This document shows positions 38,446 to 52,500 of a DNA stretch of 64,000 bases, in pieces. The number at the start of each line of letters is the position of its first letter. Within the stretch, counting starts at the first letter, position 1. The position numbers and the translations under genes were made by a program. The stretch lies in NCBI GenBank assembly GCA_964247055.1, contig OZ176053.1:3534001-3598000 (forward strand), in the 5' to 3' direction. The notes beneath the pieces are model-generated. The model searched no databases and had not been told where the DNA came from. It saw nothing but the letters and a program-made list of their open reading frames with translations. This stretch comes from Paragordius varius. Lineage: Eukaryota; Animalia; Nematomorpha.

Positions 38446-41008
38446 ATAATTTTGATCAAAATTTTCGGATGATAATTGTTCATCATGAATTAATTATATA
38501 AAAAAGTGTTTTTCTAATATTTTGAAGGTTTTATACTGTTTTCATCATACTTCGGCATATCCATTTTAAGAAAACATACTCATTATATAGGGGGCAAAAA
38601 TCGTTTCTTGGAGCCGATATTTAAAAATTATTTAATATTTTTTTGCTTTTTAAAATATGGTATATTATATATTTTAATCATTTTTTTCAATAAATTATTT
38701 ATCATGATGTGCGCTAATTTTGCGATTTTACGATATTGAACACATACTACAAAAGTGTGATCTCTAATATTACTCGTAACAAAACCAAGCCACCATGTAT
38801 CCTGATAATACCTATCAGAAAATATATAATATGGTATATTTTTACCCGATTTTGTGCTCAGTGCATGTCTCCAATTAGAATTCGAATCTTACATGTTTTT
38901 CTAAAAATTTATTGCCACCCAATATCATTTGGAAAACCTTACAAAGTCTGGGCTTAACTGAGGGGTTTATTGAAAAAAGGCGCAATTACTCCCGCTTTTG
39001 TAATAAATAAGAAAATATTTAAATTTAATATAAAGGTGCACATTTTCCCCAAAATTGTTTTATGCGAAAATTTCGATAAATTACATTCTTTTAGATGGTG
39101 GAGACTGTGGGTAATTTAAAAAAATGGCCTTATGATTCGTAAACTAGAAAAATTTCACTTTCGAAACTAGATTTACACATTTTTGGAAAGCTATAAATTA
39201 TACTATAATTTTTTATTTATTAGGTTACACAGATGATAAATTGGAATATTAAGACTTAAATATTTTTGGGGTTGTACCTAGAGTTTCAAACTCAGACAAT
39301 TCAAAAATAAGGAACTTGAGCTAAATCTAAAAAGATGAATTTTTCAGCCTTTCAAAGACATGAGTTAATTTTGTTAAAAATCCTTTCTCAAACATTTTAG
39401 CCTAAATTGGATTTTTCAAATGGCTAATACAGCAAAATTTAAAAAATATAAATCAATTACTTTGGAAACTTAAAAAAAAATTTTAGCAGCTAATTTTGAT
39501 ATTTATTTTATATCAGGTTTTCAGATATACAGATTTTGGTATCAAAAAGTTAGATTTCTGAAAAAATTATCATTATTACAGAACAATGTGCTAAAATCAA
39601 TTTTAAACAACAGCTTTAAAATTGTAGATTATAAACTAAACTCTAGATTGCACCACGAAATGTAATCGAGTTAAGGAGGTGTTAAAAATACATGGGTCAC
39701 GAAATAAAAATCCTTAAAAATCTGAGGAATTTTATTTAAAAATTTAAACCTTTTATTTTTCCAATAAATTAAATTATTTTAGCTATAGTTGTTAACATCC
39801 AAAAACTTATCTCTCTAAACAAAACTATTTGATTTAGAAATTATCAAATATGCTTCATTATTTGATTAGAAATTTAAGGGCAAAAACATTTTTACTTTAT
39901 TGTCTATGGGCAAAATCAACTAACTGGCTGATCAAAAAGCATGAGACTTTTTTATATTTCTGGTAGCTGTTTTTATCTTTCCTATAAGAAATATTTTGCC
40001 TCAAATTTTAACACACACGGTGCATGGTATAATTAGCATGTGTAGGGTCGTTCAGATAAGAGACTATTTTTGTCCTTTAATGCCGAATTTGTCTCCAAAA
40101 TACTCCTAGTTTTATTTTTCTTAATAGATATCTCACATAATAATAAATCATGAAATCGAAACGAAAATCATCAAATTCTCTGTAATATATTATAGTAAAA
40201 TCATTATTCATCATGGTAAACATGTTTTATGTTTTAGTCTTTGTGAGAAATGTGAACATATTCCACACTTGTGGCAATTGCTTCACATCGAAAAATTGCA
40301 AATGTATAAAATATAAAGTGGATTTGCTATCTCTATGCAACAAATTAAAATGGCAAACGGTATTATACTATTAATAGACTAATTATCCCTAATGCAATGC
40401 CAAATCCGTTGAACATTGTCCGTTATATATACTTCGTTCCCTGGGAATAATAATGAATTATTTATAAAAGTTTATTTGAGCAAATTAAAAATTATATGTG
40501 AAAAATTATTATCAAAACCTAAATAGTTTGAATGATTTACCGTAAAAAATGATTGATTAAAGTATGTTTTAAATTTTTAATTACGGAATTTATTATTATA
40601 AGGTTCTCCTCAAAAACATTATATTTTGTGAGCGATGATCAAAAATTGAATTGAATAAATGATTCGCGCTCGAATGTTTTTGAGCTATTCAAAGGTGACT
40701 TATTTATCTGCAGTATGTGAATCGACACCATAAAACGTCGCTTTTTTTACTAATAATAAAAATTTTATTATATAAATACAGTTTTTATAATTGATAAAAC
40801 ATACAAAATAAAATAATTATATAAGAAACCATAATTTTAACCCATTTTCTTTGATACCAATATGAATACAATAGTTACATATACCAAAACGATATAATTA
40901 AAAATCGAGGAGGATAAAACATTATATAATTTTTATATACCTTTTATACCAAATTTTTTAAATTCCCTACCAGGTTTAGTTTTAAATATAGGCCGATTTG
41001 TTAAGAGA

Positions 41009-41745
41009 ATAGGTCAGGGAAAAGTAGCAGCCGTTTAATTTGACACAGAGGCCATTTTGTTCTCTGGCATTAAAAGACAAACACACCTAATAAGTTGCGT
41101 CAAAAACCAGCTCTTATAATCATAGTATCATGTTATTTTATGTCTGAAAAAGAGCAGTTACGGCATCCACTACTTCTCTTATATCACAAGAAATGACTGT
41201 TTATATGCTGGTAAACATATGTTAAACATTCTTCATTGTTTGAACCATGTGAAACATACTGTAAAATTTTAAATGATATCGATATGAAGAAAGGGAGTGG
41301 CACACCACATAATTTAAGACGATAACGCAATTCAAAAGATTGTCGATTCGAAAATGAATTGATTTCTGAAATCATGCTTTAAAGTCTCGAATATAATCAT
41401 TTTTGCATCGAATTGTTCCGGGTGGTGAGAAGTGGATAATAATTTGTAAACTTAAAGCAAAAATCGAGGCTTTCACATTGTATCCAAGGCCAAATCGCTT
41501 TTGCAAGAATACCATAATCTGTGTTTGGTGGATCAAAGCGGCAATAGTGTATAAAGACTTTTGAAGCCCGATGAAACCGTTTATACTACACAACGGTATC
41601 TCCAACAAATGATTTTTTCAAACCATAGATAATCGAAAACCAGATCGAATTAGAAGACATGATATATTTTCTACAAGTAAATGCTTAGTCTAACACAACA
41701 AAACCAGTACCGCATCCGCTGGACTCTCTTAGCAAAATCTGACAA
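41009..41745 (+). mobile_element. Degenerate mariner transposon (left TIR plus pseudo-transposase)
   Basis: TIR ATAGGTCAGGGAAAAGTAGCAGCCGTTT resembles mariner TIRs. Decayed frame reads GTPHNL, FLHRIVPGGEKW (cf. FLHRIVTGDEKW), IICVWW, RKPDRIRRHD, VPHPLDS (cf. LPHPPYSP), with multiple stops. No right TIR seen. Confidence 0.8.
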
Positions 41746-43900
41746 TAATATAAAAAAATTAAAATTTTACAGACTTAACCTAAAAACATAAGGATAATTA
41801 TTTTTTTTAAACATTGAACTAATTTTTTCTTAAAAAACTCACTACTTTAAAATGCAAAGTATTAAATAGAGATGCAGATCAATTTTACAATCAATTTTAT
41901 ATTTTACAATCGAATTTAGTTTTTTATAAGAAAAATTAAGGTTCAAAAAAGTATGATTGGCGCCTGAAAAATATATATAATCATTTGTTTTACGTTTTCT
42001 CCATAATTTCAAGTTTCAATATCAATCGGCCCAGTTGCTGATTAAGCCATAAACCACACCGAACTGCGCCGTTAACAACAATAATCCAAATACGTCTTCA
42101 ATTGCTCTAGAGTAGTGGTTCCCCTTCTTTATTCACACACCACCCAAAAAAATTCTTGCGCCCCCTCCCTCCCCCTAAAAAACTAAGATATAAATACAAA
42201 ATTTATTGTATTATAATATTATTTAAATGATAATTAATTAGTTCCTTGTATTTGCAATCGTTGAAATATTTTTTCCATATCGAAGACAAATCTTGATATT
42301 TGCGACTAAGTCCTCATTAACCTTTAATTTGTTTTTGGTTTTATTTTTTTATCGAATTCTCCAAATGTTTCAAGAACCACTTTTAGTAGCATAGGGGCAG
42401 GTAGGGAATGCATTGATTGTGATCGAATGATTTCTAAATGTCACTTCCTTTAATTGAATATCCTGACATAAATGGCAATTTGCTGATGACCTTAAACAAT
42501 AAATTTTTTAATACGCTCCTTCAAAATCTAAAAGGTGTGTATGTAGTTTTTAATAAAAACATTAATTTTACTGATTTTATAAAAACACTATATTATGTTT
42601 TTTTGGTGTTAAAAAATATATTTTAAAGCTATACATATTTTTTACATAAAAATTCCAATAATTATTATATACAGACCTTTTATTTAATAATGAATGATAA
42701 AACAATAGATATTTTACTCAATAAATTGTAATGATGATATATATGCTTTTAGTGGGTATAAATAAAAAATATAGGATAAGTTAATAATTTTAATTGTCTT
42801 TTTTTGTCAATAAACGACTATAATTATTTTTTTGAGTTTCTCTAATAATTATTTCTTATTTGTGAAATTAATTATAATCATAAGTGTTGAAAAAATAATT
42901 TTTTTTAAAAATAGAAGCTTTGTATTTTGTCATCTGTAACTTCTTATATTGATATTGGGGAATGGGTGACATCATTGTTTCCGGTAAAAATATTTTTTAT
43001 ATATATTTATCTTAAATATTGACATTTTAATAATAAAAAAATATATTTTTGTGAATATAATATATTTTATATTCTAAGTTTATAGATTTCATGAGATTGT
43101 TCAATAACATAACATTATTTTTGTGTATTTAAATATTTATTTTTTTGAAAAATAAATTTTTTTATAACGTGTCATGGCATGTATCGATAATATAAATATA
43201 TATTGAGTTTCTCATCATACCAATTGATTGGATAGATGTAATTTAATATAACTCATATACAAAAAAATTTATAATGTATTTAATACACATACATATAAAT
43301 GATTAACCGATATAATGATAAAATACAAATAAAACTGGATAATTTAACTGATAAACGATCGGGAAAGTGGAAGAAGGAAAATTAAAGAAGAGTTAAATGA
43401 CAATATCAACATGGATGAATATTGAATTTGATATATATATATATATATATATTAAATGATGTCGGGCACGCCTGTTTAATTTTTCCCTAACGTTTTTTTT
43501 TATTTTTTAAATAAATATATGCCATTCCTAAATTTTATATATATTTTCTGATTTTATTTTATTGTAAAAACGAAAAATTCCAATATTACTATAAATCCTC
43601 TGTCTGTATGATTAAAATAAAGAAAAAATCCTATATTCATTGACAAATCATTCATTATAATTATCTTTTCTACTGTGATTAATTGTGGGGCAAATTCCAT
43701 ATTTTTACTCTTTTATTATTATGGGAAATATGTCTCAAGGGATCAAATTAATTTTATTTCTTGTTCATATCCAAATCCATAATAACTTTACCAAAAAATG
43801 TTATATTGGTGAATCTAATTTTTATCTATCTTGATATATTCAACATAAAATACTTATATATCTATCGTAGTTATAATATTGTAATATGTACTAAAAAGGT

Positions 43901-46153
43901 ATGGAATTCGCAACTTCTGAATATATTTTTGGGTCCCTATTGCTCATAAACTCGTGTGTGAGTTTAATCCTTAACACATTTCTCATCTCGTTCATGTGTT
44001 TGGTGGATAAACGCATGTTGAGAAAACCGATAAACTGGTACATTCTATCCATATCGCTTTCTGATCTACTCTTAGCTGGGATCGTTACACCGCTGTTTGC
44101 CTTAACCTCACTGGTTAAACCGACGCCATATCCATCCACAACTAATACGTTCATTGAAAATTTGAAGTCTTGCAAGGTTGTTGTGCTTAATTTTGCGATG
44201 GCTGAAATTGCATGTTTAAACAGCATTTACATGATGGTTTCCCTTGCGGCTGAGAGGCACAGAGCCCTGGTTAACCCATTTAAGCGAGCACCCTTCTCCA
44301 TTCGTCATTCAATTATAACGGTTATCCTATTGTGGTGTATATCAGTTATCTATGGTATGGGTATAACTATATTCCTTTTTCAACGATTTTATACCACGAG
44401 TGCCAGAATAGGTCCAGCCCTTTATTCACCTATCATGAGGAGTAATGGACAACATTCGCAATCTTTACCCAATCATAATTACAATCATCACATTACTAAT
44501 TATAATAACAATAATCAACGTCCGCCAATCATATATAATGGTGTAAACAATAACCATTATGCCCCTGCGATCGTCGAATTTAATATCACATCTGATATGT
44601 ATAACAACTTACTAGGGATGTCAGAATACAATCCACCTCGCATCTTGATGAAAAGGCATTTGTTAAAAAACATTTTACAAAGTTCCATTCTTCGTCACCA
44701 AAATTTGTCTGTGGTTGCCAATGATGGACCATTAAAAGCGAAAAACAGTGTTGAATTTTCTACACCTGGGCCTCCATTAATTCCCCACACGAATACTATC
44801 GGGAGTGGGGGATCCATAAAAACCTATAAACTCGATAAAGACCTAATTGCTCAACTACGTCATAACGGTACGCTGATAATCAACGGAACGACTGTAATGC
44901 GCAGAGCCTTTGTACGGCGTAGCAAAATATGCGTCTTCCGAATATCTGAATTACGACCCATTTATTTGATAGATATTATTGTTGGGTACATTGTACCTCT
45001 CATAGTTGTCGCCGTGCTTTATGGAAAAATTATGGCAGCTTTGACTAAAGAAACGACTCACAGGAATCAAGATAGCGAAGAAAGCACTCATATACCAGGT
45101 CGCCCAGTCAAAGTTCGGATAAGCGGTGGACTAGGTTCTCGAAAAAAACTAAACAATATTGACACAGAATCTAAGCATTCGATGAAAAATCGCTCAAATT
45201 TTGTTTCAAACCACCATCAAATAAAGAGTGACTACAGGCGTACAAGTTATCCCATCATGATCGATGCTTCTCAACCATATAAAGCATTCGAGAGAGCTCA
45301 AAATAAGCCATATGTGTTTGCGCTTGAGAAGCAAACAACGTTACCAAAGGTGGGATACAGTCGTAATTTTAATCAATTAAATGACAAAAATGCCCCTATT
45401 CATGTCATTAATGTCGATTATGCCAATGCAAAATATAAATTGCATTCCATAACAAAAAACAATATATTGGCTAGAATGCAGCAACAACAACTTGAAAAAG
45501 GTGGAAACCAAGCTAGGAAAATATCTGCTCCACCACATTATAGGCATTCGCGAATTTATAATGTTATAGCTAAAACGGCACGAAATCTTTCCATATTTCG
45601 TCAGGGCACCAGCATCCAAAAAAGGAGAGCAGTACTTATGATTTTGGGTATAGTTATATTGTTTGCCCTTTCATGGTTACCTTTGCACATCGTTAAATTA
45701 ATGGAAGAATTTTCTCAAGCTTCCCACCCGGTTCATTCTCGAAAGAATAGATGGGTACGCAAACTTTGCATCTTGTTTGCCATGACTTCGACATGGGCCA
45801 ACGTTATAATTTACTTTCATTTCAATGAACATTACAAGCAAAATTTGTTAGTTTTTCTCCGCAAAAAATTTTATACCCTTTGTCCTTGGTTATCTGCGAA
45901 TGAGCAAACACCCGCTCATACCTTTAATAATGCATTCAAACGCAATCGTTTTAGGGTGAATCGCAAAAAGATAGGAGAACGCCGTGCTGCATTTCACCGC
46001 AAATTCGATTTTGTTAACAAATTTAGTCATAAATCAAAATCAATGTCTAAACAAACAGGTGCAGCGGATGGTTATTCAGTTAACAGTAAACCCAATATAT
46101 ATCACCATGTAATAGAAATGCAACATATACCAGCAGTAGATGCAAGGATTTAA
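43901..46153 (+). CDS. Intronless rhodopsin-like (class A) peptide-receptor-type GPCR, 750 aa
   Basis: Seven hydrophobic segments: TM1 ..LILN, TM2 NWYILSISLSDLL, TM3 C..SLAAERHRAL, TM4 LLW, ECL2 Cys (KICVF), TM5 GYIVPL..LY, TM6 FALSWLP, TM7 NVIIY. ECL2 and ICL3 are each about 190-200 aa. Confidence 0.9.
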   Translation: MEFATSEYIFGSLLLINSCVSLILNTFLISFMCLVDKRMLRKPINWYILSISLSDLLLAGIVTPLFALTSLVKPTPYPSTTNTFIENLKSCKVVVLNFAMAEIACLNSIYMMVSLAAERHRALVNPFKRAPFSIRHSIITVILLWCISVIYGMGITIFLFQRFYTTSARIGPALYSPIMRSNGQHSQSLPNHNYNHHITNYNNNNQRPPIIYNGVNNNHYAPAIVEFNITSDMYNNLLGMSEYNPPRILMKRHLLKNILQSSILRHQNLSVVANDGPLKAKNSVEFSTPGPPLIPHTNTIGSGGSIKTYKLDKDLIAQLRHNGTLIINGTTVMRRAFVRRSKICVFRISELRPIYLIDIIVGYIVPLIVVAVLYGKIMAALTKETTHRNQDSEESTHIPGRPVKVRISGGLGSRKKLNNIDTESKHSMKNRSNFVSNHHQIKSDYRRTSYPIMIDASQPYKAFERAQNKPYVFALEKQTTLPKVGYSRNFNQLNDKNAPIHVINVDYANAKYKLHSITKNNILARMQQQQLEKGGNQARKISAPPHYRHSRIYNVIAKTARNLSIFRQGTSIQKRRAVLMILGIVILFALSWLPLHIVKLMEEFSQASHPVHSRKNRWVRKLCILFAMTSTWANVIIYFHFNEHYKQNLLVFLRKKFYTLCPWLSANEQTPAHTFNNAFKRNRFRVNRKKIGERRAAFHRKFDFVNKFSHKSKSMSKQTGAADGYSVNSKPNIYHHVIEMQHIPAVDARI

Positions 46154-46534
46154 AATTTATATTTAACTATAGCTTTCAGAATACTTAATAAATTGATATT
46201 TTTTAATTATAGTATATGACAAATCTATGATTTATTTACTTATATATAAACATCTATAGGCGAGTGAACAATAAAATAAAATGAAAGTGAAAGGTTTCAT
46301 TTCTATATTTTATGCATGTATGGCCTCAGTCAATGGGAATAATATATAATTATTATTTATAAAATTGACTATGTATAATGATCCAAAAAATCATTAAATA
46401 ATTATGTTGGAACCGAAATAAATATTAGATCAAAAATATAAAAACAAAAATCATCATAAAAAAGTAAAAATAAAAAATAAATCAATTATGGAAATTTTTG
46501 ATTTTCGCCAAAAAAAATAATATTGTTCCTCTTC

Positions 46535-49500
46535 TTATTGATTAGCAAGTATTTCTGGTCCACCTTGATAACGATCCAATAAAAATTTCCAAAGTGATGC
46601 ACCAATATTACAAGTTGGTATATCTAGAAAAAATATTTAAAATTTTCATAAGAATTTTTTGATAAAAAGTTTATATGTGGTATATTAATTTCTCAGTCAA
46701 AAGCAACAATTTTTTAAACAAACGCAACATTTTTTCAAGCACAATCAACCTTTTCAGGCAAAGACAAATGAATAATGTGCTTGAAAAAGTGTTGCGTTTC
46801 CTTAAATAATAAAAAAAATTGGTTTGCTCGAAGAAATGTTTCGTTTGGTTAAAAAAATGTTGCTTTTGACCTAAAAATGGTATAAAATGATTGTCATACT
46901 TTTTTTCGTAGATGTAGATGCGGAGTTTTGTCCTTTTTCATTTTGGTATTTCAACAACGATTTATTGTCAATAGGACCGGGTGGATCTAATAAAACATTT
47001 AAGATCACAAAAAAATATTGATTTCGGTAAAAATTATATAGTTCATTTTTGACATAACGATATAATTTTTAATATCATTGTAAATTCTGAATCAAAAATC
47101 AATATTTGGTTTTATTAGTCTAAAAGATGCCAAAAAAACTAATGTATTAATATATTCATATACCATTTTCAGCGCCTTTAACAAAATCCTCCCATTGCTT
47201 AAACCAATTCAGATTGATTAAATAACTTGTTTTGTTGTCTAATTGAGCCTCTTCCGATTTGGAATAATGCATTTTCATGTACTGAAAAAAATGTAATAGC
47301 AATTATTATATAAAGGTCAAAAGGTTGTGCAATTTTCTTAAACATAAAAAGTAAAATAATTACTTCGCTATAAAATTTTTGCTCTAATTTTCGTTTTTCC
47401 ATTAGGGTTCGTTCGTCTTCCTCGCAAATTTTGCAAAGTTGCAGTGAATTCATGGGTCCATCACCTCCATATCTAGAATTAGAAAAAAAATATATATCTG
47501 GGCAAACAATTACTTTATCGAAAAATTTATTTCTGATAACTGAGGTTAGTTCCCGTTTTTTAATGGTAAAATTTGATTTAAAAAATTATTTGTAGGGGAT
47601 CTATGATATGCAAAGACCCACATATGCACTGCAAACAAATAAAACACATATTTGAAAAACAGCAAAAATTCACTAAGGTATTATGGTTAACAATAAATTG
47701 GTCAGGCAATATATGCTAATGTAATTGGGTAAAATTCTTTAACTTTTCAGAATTTCGAATTAGGTTTATAAATATTAATAGGAGAACCTTTTAAAGAGGT
47801 ATATCCATGTATCTATTCCAATATTTTGGCACATTTCATCAACGAAAGGCATAACTTGTGGTTTGATCGCTAAATAAATAATATAAATTAAATGGTCTGC
47901 ACATTTTGCAATATGTTTGAAAACCCAACAGATATAAATGATTTTACCTCTATGAATACAAACATAATCAGATTGATCAATGGGTCCGGGTTCGGCAGTA
48001 TGGTTAAATTTATTTAGCCATTGTTTTGAAATATAAAAAGGCAGTTTACTAGGAGTCTAAAAAATTATAAAAGTAGTTATAAATAAATTGTTTACCTAAA
48101 ATCACTTTCAATGTTATTCATAAATTGATAATACTACAAAAGTATTACTTGGGTTTTGAAAAAAAACCATTACACGAATTTAAGAGAAAAAAATAACCTG
48201 TAAATCTTGGCGTTCTTGTAATTTGGATGCCTCGAGTCGCTTGTGGCAAATATCATCTTGATTTTTCCTAGGTTGATAATAATTGTAAAATAGTTAGGGG
48301 TTAAGAAACTGAGTTTTATCAAATAATAAAACTTCCTTAACCACTAATTATTGTGATTGAAAGATAATCAGAATTGATTTTTGATTAGAAATTAATAAAA
48401 TAGCTTGTAAAAATCGTTATTAGAGTGCTAGATGCTATATTTCCAAAAAACACAAGAAAACAAAATAATTCCAAATTAGTATCACAGATAAATCTAGATA
48501 AACGGTATAAAAACCTATATAATATTATATCAAATCAATCAATCCACTTAATTAAAAAAACCCACATTTTGCTTAAGTTTATTATGGAGGTGAAAAACGA
48601 AAAAACTAGTTACGCATAAAAAAGGACATAAGGTTCCGCCTTTTCGACTTGGTATTCTTTGACACGGGTAACGCAATCATCATCATATTCATACCAATAA
48701 CCATCGGAAGCATTCAAAGCAAAAGTTGTGTAATGACCACTTGCTAGACTCGTGCCATGGTGCACGATAGCGGCTATTAAATCATACGATCTCACCTCAT
48801 CCATACAATCTATCAAATGAAAAAATAAATTGATTATCCAATAAAACAATTGATATAGTATCAGAAAAAAACATTTTATACTTAAAATCAAATGTGAGTT
48901 ATGTAATTTAATTATTCTTTCAGATATAAGTAAATCTATATAAAATCCATACACTCTATAAAAATTTTAACAAATTTTATTAATCAAAAATTGATGTATA
49001 TGGGTGAATGTATGAAACATAAAACTTAATAGGAAAAACTCTATGCCTCCAAGAAAATATGGATTATTTTATGCATACGCCTCTGATATTATTATTATTT
49101 GCTTGACAAACGTAAACATCATATATATATAAGTATATATGAAAAAAAAGTACGAAAAAAATTATAATTTATTTTAATATTTAGCCGTAAGTTTAAAAAT
49201 ATCAACATAATTACGTTAAAAGTATAATTTTATGAAACTGTTGTTTATTATTAAATAATTAATTATTTACGCTTATCGAGGTAAGGTGTAAGGTCGAGGC
49301 CCTCAAGTGGAAACTCTATTTTTGTATTAACTTTGGACGAATAGGAGTAATCGTGACGGAAACGTTTGAAATGAATGCAAAGAATTTCGGGCAACGCTAA
49401 AATTTTACTTTCTTTTATCCCATTTCGCAATCTAATTAAGGGTAAACAATTTATATGAGATTAAATATAAAAGTTAAATACATTCATAAATTTATAAGTG

Positions 49501-52500
49501 AGCATACTTTTTACAAGTTTCACAACTGTACATATTGTCACCATTTAATTCATCACAAGCGAAAAAGGTTGATAGGCAATCTTGAAGCGTTATTGGAGGA
49601 CCGAAAGGCATCAATCTTCACAAAAAATAAAGATGTGAGGTTTAATAATAATTTTATTTCCCAATGTTTTTATAACTTTTTACATAATGAAACAACACAT
49701 CGCAATAACATTAATTTATCTCTTAAACATACAATTGCCCTTTGTTATAAGGTAAAAGTCGTTTTTTAGCAATATTGACCATATTGTATTATTAATACTC
49801 GAAATTAGGCATTAAAATTCTTCTATTTCTAATATATATAAATTGAAAAATCCAAATAACAAATTTATCGACGTTACATAGCTAATTATATATACTTTTT
49901 AACCAAATCAAAAAGCCATATGGCGATATTAGTTATGGACGAAGTTGGAATCATATATGTGGCTAATTTTTCGGTAAAACTTCGTTGAAACGATTCTTTG
50001 TTCATATCTTTAATAGCTGTCTTTCCTCTTAAACTCGTATTTGTATCATAAAGGGAACCTTCTGAAATGGATGGTATATTCTCCTTATCACAATTGGCAT
50101 CCGAAGTAGCGTCTATAAATAGTAATAATGTAATATGTTATATAAAATAAATATAAAGTTTAGAGCAGCAGGGGTGTCCAACACAAATGGCTTTGCTGGC
50201 TACATTTTTGATTCAAAAAAATCGGCGGGCCGCATTCGAAATGTATATAAGCATTCAAAAGGAATTTATTAGATTTCAAATATAAAACTGGTAAATGCAA
50301 ATATAGCAATTTTTTCTTCTAGTTCTTGCCAATTGGATAAACTTATTTAGAATAAACTGTTTAGAAAATATCGATTTTATTAAGATTTTATGAGCACATT
50401 TTTATAATTTATGGAATTCCAAATTTTTTCGCGGACCAAACATAAAATCTCGAAGGGCCATGCGTTGGTCAGCCATTGTTGTCTCGTTTTTCCCTTTATA
50501 TTTGAAGGTAAGGATTTAAATTGCAACAGGACTAGTGAAAACTTTCACATTCGCATGCCCAGGACTGAGTGTGCTGATATAATGCATAATTTTGGGGTCA
50601 AACTTTACAACTTCACACATATAGTCTAAATATATTGAGTCACACCTCAATATAATATATGCCCTTATAATTAAGAGAAAAAAATATATTTATGGAATTG
50701 ACATAGAATTGATATTTAAGATATTAGGCCTCCATAAAAAAATATCAGCACTTCACATATTAATTGTTCAATCATCATATACATGCATAAAACAAGGCTC
50801 TTTTAAAATAGTGGTTTAGTTACGGTTAATTCTTTTGATTTAATTCGAAAGTGTTATAACTAATTTTAATCTTACCCTTTTTTTCAGCACCATACATTTT
50901 GGAATTTATTGTTTTTGTGTTGTCAAGGTCATTAGTTGAGTTAGTCGACGATGATATAGATTTTGAGTCTGACCAGCAGGACGTGGAAGAATATAGCTTG
51001 TTGGTAAAATAGCTGTTGCTCCGACTATGTTTACGGGTTTTACCTTGGAAATTATCTATAAATAAAATCTTTTTTTGCAAAAATATGTAATATTACATCT
51101 TTATTGATCATACAAATTATTAAAATGTTAATATCTTGTCTCCTAGTTGAGAGAGAGTATAATCAAAATTGGTAAAGAACAAATAGTATTTAAAATTTTA
51201 TGTATTCTTGTTCAAATACTGACCAATAAATAGTCACAATATGTTTTGACAAGTTGTATAGAGACTAAATATTTGTATTATCAAACCTTGGCAAGATAAT
51301 TAATTTATATCTAAAGTTACATTTAGATATATATGAAACAACAGCGGCTTAGTGCATTTTTTAGCATATAAAAAATATATATAAGGCGTGACCTCAATAA
51401 TTTATGTCTATATTAATGATTTTATCATATGTAACCTTCATAAAAGACATAAAATGTCTGTCTTATTACTCAGTGATACTTGGCTTAAAATGGATGTTAA
51501 AATTATGGCATAACAAAAAATAATTAAAAAATAGCATACAAGATGAATTTAACACTGTTTTGAACGCAAAATATTTTTTTAAAAATACTATATACGCCAA
51601 ATATAATAGACTTGGAAGGATACAAAGACAAATTAAAATATAAAAATAAAAACTTGCTCTATTTAAATACATACTTTCTTGTTCCAAATTCGTACAATTT
51701 TTGGAGGCATTGTTTGAACTAACTCGATTGTTCGTTTTAAACAAAGTGGTGGGCGTAGAATTGAGTGAAATGCTTTTTTGATTACTAGCCCGTTCAGGGG
51801 GCATACCATCATCGGTCCCAGTATTATTGTTATTATTGCTATTGTAATATTTTGCATTTCCCAAATTGTACTTATCTAGGATTATATATATATATGTTGT
51901 ATTTATCAACAATAAAACAAAGATAACCTTCAGTCAAATATCTTTTTAACAAATTTTACAGAGGAGTTATAATTTATAAGCTTGCTACTACTAATTGGCT
52001 CAATCTACAAACTCTTTATGCTATTTCACATTCGCATAGTTTTTAAAATGGTTAAATAGTCTCAATTCATGGGCAAATTTCTTAAAAATACTTGCATACA
52101 CATTTAGGCGCCTAATAGCATGACATGAATAAAGATTGAGCAATCATTTTTTACAAAAAAGAGGCGGAAAATCGCTCAACTTTCTATAAAAAATCGCACA
52201 AAAAGCGTTTTGGCGGTATAATTAAAATGTTCGCCGATATTTAAGAAAGTAATTACCTAATAAAGAACTGCTTCTATTCACAATTTTGTGAAAAAATTTA
52301 ACAAATCAATTTTAACCTATTTAGACGCGAGAAGCGTAAATAGCATGGTATAAAAAATGAATAGTGTTTCTTTTATTAACAACATTTATAAAATCCATAT
52401 AAAAAATTGACTGCATTATCTCAAAAATTTTATGCGATATTTAAGAAAGTTTATTACCTAAAGAAAAACTGCTTCTATAGGATGAACTAAGGGTTGAAGC

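Noticed and set aside
43891-45619. Minus-strand ORFs at 43891-44226 and 45377-45619
   Set aside because: Antisense shadows of the GPCR ORF.
46153-46535. Tail-to-tail adjacency of the GPCR and USP20/33, which deubiquitinate GPCRs in mammals
   Set aside because: Gene neighbourhood in animals does not imply a functional link, and there is no evidence of synteny or overlapping transcripts.
47970-48005. GGGTCCGGGTTCGGCAG, resembling a tRNA T-loop
   Set aside because: It is the reverse complement of the USP20/33 DUSP exon (AEPGPID), and no cloverleaf forms.
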